Part shown: one piece after another, positions 46,808 through 59,314 of the stretch
How positions within the stretch are numbered: position 1 is the stretch's first letter
How the letters are laid out: the number at the start of each line of letters is the position of its first letter
Assembly (NCBI RefSeq): GCF_964204865.1
Contig: NC_135259.1
Coordinates: 19,902,001 to 19,966,000, forward strand
Length of the DNA stretch: 64,000 bases
Direction of reading: 5' to 3'
Origin: Styela clava
Lineage: Eukaryota
Notes under the pieces: model-generated
Told to the model about the DNA's origin: nothing
Seen by the model: the letters and a program-made list of their open reading frames with translations, nothing else
The model's database searches: none
Made by a program: the position numbers and the translations under genes

Positions 46808-48967
46808 ATGGGTAGAAGGCGCAAAAAGGTTCACTTTGGAGGAGATCGACGTGACAAGGGGCATTATAGTAATATTGTAAAGGAAAATCAGAAGTATGTG
46901 GACTATTACAAAGCGCAAGAATGTTTCCCGGAGAGCGAATTTGACGACTTTTTGGCGTCCATGAGGCAGCCTTTGCCAGCGGTTTTCCGGATTACCGGGT
47001 ACAAAGAACATGCTAAACAACTCCTAAGAAAAATGAAAGAGAATCATTTCTCAGGTATCGCCGATATCAAATTAGAAAATAATGAAGTTATTAAAATACC
47101 AAGACCTTTGACATGGTATCCTGATGAATTAGCTTGGCAAACAAATCTCAGCCGAACACAAATTCGTAAAGTTCCTGAGTTGGAAAAATTCCATAATTTT
47201 TTGATCACTGAAACTGAGAGTGGGCATGTCACCAGGCAAGAATCTGTGAGCATGATTCCACCATTGCTTTTAGACGTAAAGCCCCATCATAAGATCTTGG
47301 ATTTATGCGCAGCTCCGGGTTCAAAAACTGCACAACTTATAGAAATGTTGCACACAGATGATGGCGATGACAGCCTAAGTAAAGGTCTATGTATCGCTAA
47401 TGATAAAGATAACAAACGATGTTATATGCTTGTCCATCAAATAAATCGATTAAACAGCCCTGTTTCGATGGTCGTTAATCATGATGGCTCTCAATTTCCG
47501 TCGTTGGAAATTAAAAATGAAGATGGTACAATGTCACCATTAAGATATGATCGTGTTTTAGCGGACGTACCGTGCTCCGGTGATGGTACAATGCGTAAAA
47601 ACACAGACGTTTGGAAAAAGTGGACTGTCAGTAATGGGTTATATTTACATGGTTTACAAGCTCGTTTATTACAGCGCGGACTAGAACTTCTTGCCACTGG
47701 AGGCAGGATAGTGTATTCTACATGCTCTTTGAACCCTATTGAGGATGAAGCGGTCGTCGCAAATATGCTAACAAAATGTAAAGGATCAGTAGAGCTAATT
47801 GACGTGATGGACGAACTCAAGGGTTTAAAATGGAGTCCGGGGATTTCAAAATGGCGGGTGTTGGAACGTGATGGTACTTGGTATAATAATCACACTGAAG
47901 TACCTGAGACAAAATCTCACATCCGACCGAGTATGTTTCCACCTGAAAACGCAGAAAACCTCAACTTGGAGCGATGTATGAGACTTCTACCTCATCACCA
48001 AGACACTGGTGGGTTTTTCGTAGCTGTTTTGAAAAAAGTGGAAAAACTACCATGGGAAAAAGACAGAGAAATCATTGCCAAAAAGCCATTAAAAGAGGAT
48101 GAAAACAAAGAACAGAATACCGAAGCCCCTCCGGCGAAGAAAAAAAAATGGGGCGCTGGTTTCAAAGAGGATCCGTTTATATTTTTCAATGATTCTGATA
48201 AAGAAATTACATCTCAGATTAAGTCATTTTACGCTTTGAAAGATGAATTTCCAGATACACAGTTGTTATCTCGCACAAGTGCAGAAAAAAAGCGGCATAT
48301 TTATATGGTATCTTCTCTTGTTAGGAATATCATTACTAATAACCCCGATCGTTTGAAACTTATTAATTCCGGAGTTCGAGTATTCAGTAGAAGCGACAAT
48401 AACCAACCAAATTTGAAATGTGCATTCCGAGTCGCGCAAGACGGCAGCGAAGTTATTGAACCGTTCATGCAGAAAAGAGTTGTTGATATAAAAATTGACG
48501 ACACGATACTTCTTTTGTGTGAAGAACAACCAGATTATGAAACTTTGTCGGAATATTTGATCAACCAACTCAAAGATTTGGATCCGGGTAGCATGGTGTT
48601 CAAGTATGTTCCTGAAAATGATTCTGTGGCCGTGAGATGCAAGCTATTAATGAGCGGATGGAGGGGGAAAAAATCTGCAAGATTGTACATGAATAAGTAT
48701 GAAAGAGCTCATTTTTTGAATCTGATTGGACATGAAATACCAGAAATGTATCTCCCAAATAAAAATAATCGAAGAAAGAGAGCAGAAAACTCTGACGAAA
48801 CTGGCAACAGTACCCCTAATGATGGCGCTACAGATGAGAATTCAGCTGTGGAAACAGAAGTAGCCGCAAGTACCGACCAAAATGTTGCTGACGGTTCTGA
48901 CAAGAATGGAAAAAATGGTGAAGGAAATGGAGAATTACTCAGTAAGGAAGAAGCTGCTACTGCATAA
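46808..48967 (+). CDS. NSUN2: RNA cytosine-C5 methyltransferase NSUN2 (Trm4)
   Basis: Intronless, likely start MGRRRKK (719 aa). Motifs RQESVSMIPP, DLCAAPGSKT, DVPCSGDG, YSTCSLNPIEDE, PHHQDTGGFFVA, GFKEDPF. Confidence 0.96.
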   Translation: MGRRRKKVHFGGDRRDKGHYSNIVKENQKYVDYYKAQECFPESEFDDFLASMRQPLPAVFRITGYKEHAKQLLRKMKENHFSGIADIKLENNEVIKIPRPLTWYPDELAWQTNLSRTQIRKVPELEKFHNFLITETESGHVTRQESVSMIPPLLLDVKPHHKILDLCAAPGSKTAQLIEMLHTDDGDDSLSKGLCIANDKDNKRCYMLVHQINRLNSPVSMVVNHDGSQFPSLEIKNEDGTMSPLRYDRVLADVPCSGDGTMRKNTDVWKKWTVSNGLYLHGLQARLLQRGLELLATGGRIVYSTCSLNPIEDEAVVANMLTKCKGSVELIDVMDELKGLKWSPGISKWRVLERDGTWYNNHTEVPETKSHIRPSMFPPENAENLNLERCMRLLPHHQDTGGFFVAVLKKVEKLPWEKDREIIAKKPLKEDENKEQNTEAPPAKKKKWGAGFKEDPFIFFNDSDKEITSQIKSFYALKDEFPDTQLLSRTSAEKKRHIYMVSSLVRNIITNNPDRLKLINSGVRVFSRSDNNQPNLKCAFRVAQDGSEVIEPFMQKRVVDIKIDDTILLLCEEQPDYETLSEYLINQLKDLDPGSMVFKYVPENDSVAVRCKLLMSGWRGKKSARLYMNKYERAHFLNLIGHEIPEMYLPNKNNRRKRAENSDETGNSTPNDGATDENSAVETEVAASTDQNVADGSDKNGKNGEGNGELLSKEEAATA

Positions 48968-50128
48968 AATTGTGGCATATTGAAGTTGCAATTCTCATTT
49001 TATGGAGTCCGCATGAGATATGTGCAATGTAATGACCAAAATGTCTCACTTTATTGACCATATTGAATTGTTGAAACAGAACCTATACAAGCTTTATTGA
49101 GCAACCGTCCGACTTTACTTGAGCAAAGTTGTCGAAAACAAAGATGGACGGATGAAGTTAGAAGAAACACTGAGTGTTCATTTACAGTAGTCAAGTTGAA
49201 TTGTCGAGATTAAATCAGAACGCTTTATTGGGTGCTTCTTTAAACTATCTGCCTTTACTTTGATCAAACTTGCGGAAAATGAAGAAAATGATGGACTAAG
49301 AAACACCGGGCATTCATTGACATTGGCTAGATTGCATCGTCAAGCTTTACTTATTTAAACTAAACAGGAAAACTTCCACAGTTTTAAATCTCCAAGTACC
49401 AAAACAGTTTTGTCAATGTTCTTGTTGGATCACCGAAAAAAGCAAAATTCTGATTTCGCTTTAATCGAAATTTTTTTAGTGTATAGTGTATTTCTAAACT
49501 AACTAGTTAGGTCGTATTAGGAAACAGGCGTCAATGTTTGAATATCTTTTGCCTATTGTTACTAAGAGTAACTTTCAGTCACTGAAGTATCTATTCATTT
49601 TCAGCTTTGCTTAGGTCTTTTTTATTTTGCTCTTCCAGTAATAACTGCCATAGCCTACAATCATTACTGCTTTTTCATGGCTGTTGCCAATTTCATATTG
49701 ATCTTCGTGTAACATGAACACAATCATCATACCAAGTTTTACAACATTACTGTTTGGAAAAATAGTAGATAGGGATCTCAGTAAAATTCATTTTGAAAAG
49801 GTATTGTTTTTATTATTTTTCCAATTTCCCCTCCAATAGTTTGACTTCATGATTTTGTTAAAACAAAATTTACAGAAAATGAAGTAGTAATGTGCCCCAA
49901 CGGAGACTTATTCGTATGGCTTCAAATTCTAATTTCATTGATACTGAATATTTTCGCAACCCCCCCCCCCAATTATGCCGGAAATATTTGATTTTCATAA
50001 CTATTTTGTTCAAGGGTGGGTGTACTTAATGCTATGTGTTTGTTTATCTTTTAGAAATATTTTACCAAAAGAAATCTAGTAATCGAAACATTTTTTGTGA
50101 ATTGACTTGGATAACTTTAAAGAACAAT

Positions 50129-53100
50129 ATGCCGAAAAATAAAGGTAAGATATTAGTTGAATTTTTCTTGACCTGGAGTCTGACCTAATTTTTTTTCAAC
50201 TCTGGGGTTTGGGGTAAAATAATTCCCAACCTGAAGTAAGTTATTAATTGAATTTAAAATGCATTCCTAATAACAAACAGTCTTTTATAGAAGGCATGCA
50301 TGCTGGTCAGTTACTGCTTCCTCCACCATGAAGTTGTGCATCTGAAAACAAATAACTGGCTAACTAATCCCGTACCTGACATGGACTGGTAACCGGACGA
50401 GAGGCCGTGGTTCACCATATAATTAAGTGTCTTATCAACTTTTCTCTCCCTGGGGGGGATAAATATGTAAAGCAGATCATATGCAAAAGTGTTTATCAAA
50501 ATCTGATTTCAGAGTCTCAGTTAAGTTTGTTTATGAATCTGAAAGTTTTTCCTAATCGGAGCCAGCTTTTTTTTCACCTCTCATGTGAACCCAAAATATT
50601 TTTCTGTGTTTATGGTAAATTTTTCAGTACTCCTGAAGTGTGTGTACCAGGTTAGGGTTAGGCCGAAATTTCATTTCCGATTCTCCTTTTATTAGTTTTA
50701 ATACGAGTTTGGGGAGTATTATACTCCCTGCCCATAGGCTTCCGTCCCTTCACACAACTTGATGTTAAATGATGCGAACATAATTAGTTACCTTCATATT
50801 GGTACACACTTCTAGAATGGCCAATAATACAGACCCACAGCCCTGGAAATTGCTGTACCTTCTCCACAGCAAATCTAAAAAAAAATTCATTATTTTTCAA
50901 GGAAAGGGAGGTAAAAATCGTAGAAGGGGTAAGAATGAAAATGACAGAGAGAAAAGAGAATTGATCTTCAAGGAAGATGGTCAGGAATATGCTCAGGTAT
51001 GTTGCTCAATATTTTATTATTATAACCGTTTTATTTCAAAAAATTTTGCCCAAAGCAAGGTTTGACACAGGAGTGTGCAACAAACCAAACCGCCTTGTCA
51101 AGCCATTTACATGTGGCACTTCTCAACACTCTTGATTTTTCCCTATCAAGCATAAAATTCTAATCCGATTGTTTATGTTATTGAAAGCTGCTCAGATGGT
51201 TAAAAACACATAATGATTTTTGCTCTTGACGTCGTGTTAAACTTTTGCCGTTTTGTGCCCTTTCCTGCTGCGTTCCTGTTGTGCTAATTTTTCACTTCGT
51301 TGTGGACATGAAAAAAAGTAGTTTTTTATTTGGAATATTTAAAATCGAAGATATCCGTGTAACATACCAACTACTCAGATATTAGCATCTCCGACTAACT
51401 TCATTTGTTTACAATCCCAGGTTATCAAGATGCTTGGGAACGGTCGTTTAGAAGCGATGTGTTTTGACGGTGTAAAACGACTCTGCCACATACGAGGGAA
51501 ATTAAGAAAAAAAGTAAGTTTATCTTTTTTTTTATTTATTCTGAGCAAGTCACCTTTTCTCACTTTGATATTTGTCTTTAACATCTGTCGCCGGCGTGTA
51601 GTACTGCCGGGAATATGGAAACCAAACTTCGATGTCCCATTCGGAATAGAAGTGGATTAAATTGGTTGTTATGATAGGTTTAAATGTGTGAAAAAAATAT
51701 CGCAAGTTATCATTTATTCTGAGCAAGTCACAGAGGCTTGCAAGTTGCCACAGATAGTAATGGAACTAGTTTTCCAGCCACTGATTGATGGGTAGCCATT
51801 ATTTTTGAAGGACCAAGATCTGTCTGGATTACAGATCTTTTCTCACCTCCTGTACCTTCTTGATTACTAAGTCGCATGACTTTGACTTCTGGTCGTCTCA
51901 AGATTTGTTCAGAAATCATATAATAATAATAAATACTCGAATATTTATACGTTTACTCATTGATATTTATTCATCACAGCAGCGACATATACCTTCGAAA
52001 TTGACAAAACACACATTTTACTGGGGAAGGGAAGTCATGGGGAACTAGGATTGGTTAACGAGCAACGTTTATTTCAGCGCTTTTTCAATCCTTTTCATTT
52101 AGGTTTGGATAAATCAGGCAGATATTATATTAATCGGTTTGCGAGATTACCAAGATGATAAAGCAGATGTCATCATGAAGTACAATGCTGAGGAAGCCAG
52201 AAACTTGAAACTGTATGGAGAGTTGCCAGATTCTGGTAAGCATTATTCATTCGTTGTTGGAGAGGGTGATAAGAAAGTACTGTATATGCTCGCAAATAGG
52301 CCGAGTTTAAAAAGTTGTCAAACTAAGGGACCGTCTTATTCGCGCATAACTCAGATTGCGCCAAAAAATCGGTCCATTCGCGCATCAGAATTTGATTATG
52401 CAACGCGATGATATTATGCTGACTTGCCGGTAATTCCAAAAGCTTCAAACCATAGCAAGTTCTCACGATGAAAAGCGTACACGCACACACACAATCGCTT
52501 GTGAAGGTGGATTGTCTTATCATACAGCTGATGGCTTGTACAGTCTGTGATTGGTTTGTTTCCGCTCGCTTGTGCAACAGTGTTGATTTACGGCCAGTTG
52601 TTTCTTGGTGAAAATGTTATTATTTGGTGCGCTATCGCCGTAGAGGCAATTAACGGCGCGCAACTTTTAATCACCTTTGCGATATGTTATCCGTCAATAA
52701 GGGGCGGTGATAAGGACTCGAAATTAACCGCGTTGTGGATGATCAAAGGAAATTGTTTTATGCTGACTCAGGGACTCTCTCAAACTCCCGACAACAATCC
52801 CTTCCATTAATACAAATCACGAGGCATGAAAAGCAATATAGACTTTATTAACATGAATTTACAAGTAAGGTTGAGTTACGAGTAAGAATCTACAGCCCTC
52901 GCTAACAAACAGAAATGATAAACGTGAGAAATATTTGTGTTACAGCAATTTTGTTTTCTTTCTGTGCTCTTCTTAAGGCGTCTGGCGTGTTAAGATTCGT
53001 AGCGATTTATAAGAATGTGTTAATACAGCGTTATATCTTTCCTTGAAACGGACAAGGAACGAAATTAATCGCTGTTGTGGCGATCAAAGGAAATTGTTTT

Positions 53101-55208
53101 ATGCTGATTCAGGAACTATATTTTAAACTCCCGACACAATCACGACGCACTGAAAAGCAATATAGACTTTATTTAACATAAATTAACAAGAAAGAGTTAC
53201 GGGTAAGTATCTACCTACGGCCCTCCCTAACATGCAGAAACGATAAAAGTGAGAAATGTTTGCGTTACAGTAATTTTGTTCTCTTTCTACGTTTTTCTTG
53301 AGGCGTCTGGCGTGTCACGATTCGTAGGACCGGCTTGTGTGCGATTTTTTATTAAATCGATGTTTTAAGGGAGACGGCCTATTCGCGATATAGGCGTAAT
53401 TTCGAGTAAATACGGTAATATGTACTTTAGGAATCGGCCGTTGCCGATGGAAAAGCGTTTCTAGTATGTATGTACCAGGTCAGGGTTAGGCCATAATTTC
53501 AGGTACAAATGCAATGGGAGTCACTTGGCTAGTCCTTGAACTTGTAACAGAACTAAAATAAGGAAAATTGGAATAAAATTATGGCCTAACCCAACCTGGT
53601 ACACATACTACATCCCGGTGTCTGCCATCTTGGTTCACATACTACGAGAGTACCGAATACGCTGCTATCACTCGGATTAGCCCTGCATTGTTTTGCAAGT
53701 TTGAATCCAGTGCGGTACGTGAGAAAGGATTGCTGGACCCGCTAGATTGTTACGGTTTGACTCGAATTATTCCAAGTTTTTTGTTAACACTCATTATGAA
53801 AACAATTCCTTTTCAGCCAAGATTAACGACATGGATATGTTCAGTTCAAACGCTGACGAGGGTGAAATTATGTTTGATGACGTCAGTGAAGCCGTCGCAC
53901 CTCAGCAAACAGCTCGTGATGATGTCATAACGTCTTCCGAGGAAGAATCTGAAACTGATGAAGAGGAAGAGATTGTTCCACAGAATTATGGTCGAGAAAC
54001 TAAACAGAAAGCCGGGATAAACGTTGATGCTGTAAGTATCTCATCTCCTAAAGAAGGCTTTGCAAAAAGAATTAATTTTTACAAATAGGAATACATCACA
54101 ATCTTTTTTATTCTTCTTAATGAGGCGATGTAAAAGCAATCGTTTCCCACAAATAGAAATGGCGCTCCAGAAGTGCGTGTACTGATATGGAGGTAACTAA
54201 TTTTGTTTGCCTATTTTACATCAAGTTGTATAAAGGGACGGAAGCCTAACGGCAGAGGGATGCTCACTTTGCTAACACAGACAGTCCCCGAACTCGTAAT
54301 AGTACTAAAATAAGGAGAATCGGGTGCTCCCGAAGTATGCAAACCAAGATGGCGGACATTGGAACGTAACATGGGTAACAGGTTAGGGTTAGGCGATAAT
54401 TTTTTTCCAATTTTCCTTATTTTAGTCCTATTATCAGTTCGAAGACTAGCCAAGAGCCTCCCGTAGTATTTATACCTAAAATTAGGGCCTAACCCTAACC
54501 TAGTACACATATTACATTCCGATGTCCGCCATCGTGGTTCGCATACTTCGGGAGCCCCGAAAATCGGAATAAAATTATCCCTTAACCCTAACCTGGTACG
54601 CACACTACAGGAGTACCAATAGAAATACGCCACGATATCTTTTTTATTTCACATGCGCGAATCGTTTACACCCTGAGTTTGAATATCTGGGACCCTAACT
54701 GAAGTCTTGAGGGTGTGAAATGCGTTTCAAACTACAAAAAATTGCTATGTATGTATGATACAGAAAAATGCTTTTTGTTTACATTTTAAAAGGGGGAAGA
54801 TGGGTCCGACCTTTAAACGCCCCCCTGAATTGTATCATTTGATGTTTTTAATTCTAAACATATTCATATAACCAATAACACTAATTATTTTTCATCCGTG
54901 TTTGAAGATTCCATTCCAACACTTGGTAAAGTGGTCTGCAAACTGTGGGCCGCTAATCACTCATCAGTGGGCCTCCGATAAATTTCAATTATGGGTGTGA
55001 TATGTGATGTTAGATGTTACAAATAAAAGTCCCTTTACAAGTTTATTACATGAATAAATTTAAAATTTCTTTGATATTTTTTCATTTTACTATTTGGGCT
55101 TCACTTAAAAAAAACTTTGCAGACCATCCACTGAGTAGCGCCCTAAATATCAGTAGGCCAAGTACCTGTGTATAACCTAACACCAAAATATCTCATTTTC
55201 AGATATAA
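50129..55208 (+). CDS. EIF1A: Eukaryotic translation initiation factor 1A, 6 exons, 185 aa
   Basis: Exons 50129-50144, 50902-50996, 51421-51513, 52103-52235, 53817-54031, 55203-55208. They give [17 protein letters not shown]...[16 protein letters not shown]...[12 protein letters not shown]...[12 protein letters not shown]...INVDAI*. Confidence 0.94.
52280..53415. mobile_element. Non-autonomous pogo/Tigger-like element in eIF1A intron 4, with internal ~280-bp duplication
   Basis: Imperfect TIR CTGTATATGCTCG / CGAGTAAATACGG flanked by TA; diverged direct repeats at about 52720-53001 and 53061-53326. Confidence 0.65.
54161..54617 (+). mobile_element. MITE family A with a family B copy nested inside (54323-54558)
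   Basis: Outer TSD AATAGAAAT (9 bp); inner TSD GAGAATCG/GAAAATCG (8 bp, 1 mismatch). Confidence 0.88.
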
Positions 55209-57908
55209 CATTGGCTTTCAACCCGGCCACTGAAGATACAACAAATATTTTGAAAACTGCTTTTTGTAAAAGAAATCTGTGCCTGCATGCGTTCACCAAC
55301 TTTTTACGAAGTGAAACTCTGTTTATACTTGTATTTTGAACGTTTTTTTGAGTCAGGAAGAGGAAAATGGGGTTTTATATTTATATCTTTGCTGTGTTTT
55401 GACGAGATCTTTTCTTTTTAAACAGATGGAATAGAATAATCCTATCTAGAGAAATTTTTTTTGTCTTCATATTTTTGTTCCGAAAAATACCAGTGTCAAT
55501 GAAGTATTTTAAGTTTGTTTATTTACCCCTTTTTCAGACCTAATTTTGTTCACATTAAACGAATCAAATAAAAAATATGCTTTTTCCTATTTCGTCATTG
55601 ACTCGTTCAGATGCTATCTTCTCAGTATGGTTTCTTGGAAAGCAAAAGAAAATGAAAGCACATACTGCAGAGGTACAAATCAGCCTGTGTCACATTCGAA
55701 GGTTTAGAAAAACAATTTGTGTAATAGTATGGTTCTAACAGCCAGACTTTACAATGGACATAAGGCACTATCTAAAATCAAAACTAAAAAAGCTTCAAAC
55801 GAATACGGCTCCTGGTCCATAATAATATGAGATCAAAAAAGTCCATTTCTGAATGTAATGTAAGCTCCTGCAATACAGCTTTATATATCTGACTGATATC
55901 TTGCAGCTCTACTGTCAATGATTTGTCTACATGCTGTTAATGTGAGCAATCTCCATTTTTTTTTCATCCCCCTCTTACTACAGATCCTACTTATTATGTA
56001 CCAGTTAAATCAAAAATAGTGCGTTTTGTTTTTATTGCCCCTTCATCTTTCTTTTGTCTTGTCCAAACCATAGAAGCATGTTTTCATAAAAGGTGTCGAA
56101 AATGCTTGTTTTAAAATCAACTTTAAAAAACAGGGCCTCATTTAACTATGCTTTACTGTTTTATTTCGATCAGAATATGTTTAAAAATGGGTACTCCAGA
56201 AGTATGTGAACCAAGATGGGGGACACCGGAACGTAGTATGTGTACCAGGATAGGGTTTGTCCATAATTTCAGGTACAAAAACTACAGGATTCACTTGGCT
56301 AGTTCCGGTGTCCGCCATCTTGGTTTACATACTTCGGGAGTACCTAAAAATGTAATTTCTGGAAACTCTCAAATGGATTGTGTCTATCTTTGTACATATC
56401 AATATTTGTTGCTGTCAATTACAAAGTGGCGGAATATTGCCTTTATGTTGTTCCGAGATGGTGATTGATTTTTCAGTGGCAGAATTCATCATGCATGGAT
56501 GACTATTTATACTTACCAAATAGTGCTGATGTATTTTAGATTGTTTCAAATGGTTCCGTTATGATTTATAATGCTAATGTTTTGAATTTGAAATTATTTT
56601 TCTGTCTAAGAAATGTATCTCCTTAATTAATGGGTGTACATGTACACTTTTTAATAATAGGAACATGAAATATTGGCAACTGAAAAAGTGCACATGGTAT
56701 AGTTTCAGAATTCACTCCACTTCTGTGCCTGCATTTGAAGAGTGCATCCTGTGTTCCTGTTGTTAAACTGTGACTCATCTTAGACTGTTTTATATATGCT
56801 CCCAAAATGGAGTACATGAAAGTGCACCTTTTCTTTTTGAGTCGGAATCGTGTATCTTATGTTCTATTCCATGTATTATAAGCTTGTTATTTGTTTTTGA
56901 AAATTTTCCATTTTTGTCATCTGAATGAAAGTCTTATTTTTATGATAAAATAAAAAAATGGCACAAAAATTGTTTTTGGTGACAATTGTAAAATAACCAA
57001 TTTTTGTCTTGTCTTTTTTGCTTTACAAAATTTGATTTCTTCTTGTAAATACTTTTGGTTTGTAAAGAATAAAATAGGGTAAAAAGATATTGTTGTCTAT
57101 TTATGAGGGAAAGTCTGGCAGGTTGCCTGTTCACTGCTTCTATGGAGTCTAAATAAACTTATACTTATGTTTTCCCGACCGTTAACCCAAGAAAATTTTC
57201 CCTACACTTTGCTATTGCAAAACTTTTGACGCTTTTTTACGAGACTTTTGAAGAAGAAACTGATTTACTTGCTCACAACCATTAGCCTAAACTATCGTAG
57301 CTTTTCCGGGACCAATTTTTGATTATTGCGACTAAACTAAAGCTCATCGGAATTCAGAAGACAGAATGACAAATCAAATACTTCGGTTACAACTAATTTT
57401 AGAAAACTAACAAATAATAGAAAAAACGGGGCAATGTTTACAAACATTTCTGAATCTGGATGAAAAAATCACAATTGTTACGTTCATCGTATTACTTGTG
57501 TAAATACAAAATGTCATGCACGACGGAAATAAAATATCTGAATCTTACGGAAATAAACAAGGAAATCCGATGCTTGGGTAAACATCCTGACGATGCGACG
57601 AGAGATTTGTTTTTCTATAGCACACCTCTTTCCGTTGCTTGCGTTGCGCACTTTTGTTGAGGAATACCTTGGTAGGAATTTGGCATTAGAGCCATTGTCA
57701 TAAAGTCATACATCCCATATATCAGATATATTGCCATACGGTTGCCAGTGGTTCTCAACCTTTTTTCTTTCGTAACCCATTTCGTTGCACAAAAATTCTG
57801 TGGCTCACTACCATTTTCATGCGGAGAAAAACTTCAAGAAAAACATAGAATTCTTTCTGCAAAAATAGACACTTTCAGTTTAATATTAATTAGGTGAAAT
57901 TTTGAGTG

Positions 57909-58245
57909 GGAGTGGTGACTCCTCTGCGGCCCATGGGCCGGGGCCACGGCCCATCGAACTGGGCCTCGGCCCATCAGGATATGGGCCGCGGCCCATCAAG
58001 TTGTGTAAAGAAACTATTCACTTGGCTAACACAGACAGTCCCCGAACTCATAATAGAACTATAATGTAAAAAATCTGAATATTTTTTGTCCTAACCCTAA
58101 CCTGGTACACATACTATAGGAGTATGTTTTTTTGGTTCGAATATTGACAATTTGGTAAAAATTGAAAATTTTGTTAAGATAATTGAATTTTTCCTGATGG
58201 GGTCGCGACCCATCAAGCCATGGGCCGTAGACGAGTCACCACTCC
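57909..58245. mobile_element. MITE with GGCCCAT subterminal repeats sharing the family A core
   Basis: TIR GGAGTGGTGACTC / GAGTCACCACTCC; internal 58020-58122 matches family A (CACTTGGCTAACACAGACAGTCCCCGAACTC...CCTAACCCTAACCTGGTACAC). Confidence 0.7.
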
Positions 58246-58640
58246 TGTACATTTTAACCCTGTAACACAAAAATGCATCATCCATTGCTATAACCATCAA
58301 ATTTTGTCCCGCTCGGTCAGCCAAAAGTCTTACTGAAGGTGAATGCGTGGTTTTGTTTGTTCGTTGTTTTCCGTTAACATCAATAGCGGGCAATTGCTTC
58401 GATTTGTAACATGTACGCCAAGGCGGCTCGTCGTTGACGTAAATTTCATTTCTATTTCTCGAGCTGAAACCGATATTTTGACAGATGACAGATAGTGCAT
58501 GAACTCTTGATGGCAATAAAGACAGTCGGGATGGTTTTGAATGTAGGCCCCTAATGTAAAATCGGTAAGTTTAAAGTGGCAAAAATTACAGCTATGGTTC
58601 GGAGGCGTCTTGCTTTGAGGTCATAAAAATATGTTAACCC

Positions 58641-59093
58641 GGGTCTGGTATAGTTTAGTACCACAAGTACTTCCGGTTAGCGTAGCATAACAAACTTTGT
58701 ATATGTTATTTCTAACCCACACCTGACTATGTCATCCAAAAATTACAGGACTATGACGTCACAATCACGTCATAGAGCTTGCCAAGTATAGCTACTATCG
58801 TCCGAAATGGCAACTGCGCCGACGATACCGAACTCACTAACGCCAGCGGTCTCTCTCATATCGGGATCGTTGCGAGGAGAAAACGAGAGAAATAGCTTGC
58901 TCGATTTCGGGTGATGGACTGCGCGTTTTGGACCATCCGTACACTTTGTAGGTATTTATTCACCACTGTGGCTTCGTAGTGACGTAATTTTTTGGTGACA
59001 TGGTCAGGTGGGGGTTAGAAATAACATATGCAAAGTTGTTGAGCCAAGCCAACTAGAAGTGCATGTGGTACCGTACTAAACTATACCAGACCC
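58641..59093. mobile_element. TIR element immediately upstream of SIVA1
   Basis: Perfect 21-bp TIR GGGTCTGGTATAGTTTAGTAC / GTACTAAACTATACCAGACCC; degenerate 8-bp TSD. Confidence 0.8.
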
Positions 59094-59314
59094 GGTAACC
59101 GCAACCCTAGGTATGCCGATACATTGTTTTTGAATAAACCACACGAAATACTGTGCATACTTTTATCATACCAGTTCTTCAGTTCAGAATCGATTTTCAC
59201 ATGAACAGAAAATTGTCGGAACTGCAGAATGCGGTACAGTACGATGATTGTAGAATTGTGATGTTTCTATCAGTTTTTCAGTTATTTTTTGTTATTTACA
59301 TAAAAGAAATAAAA

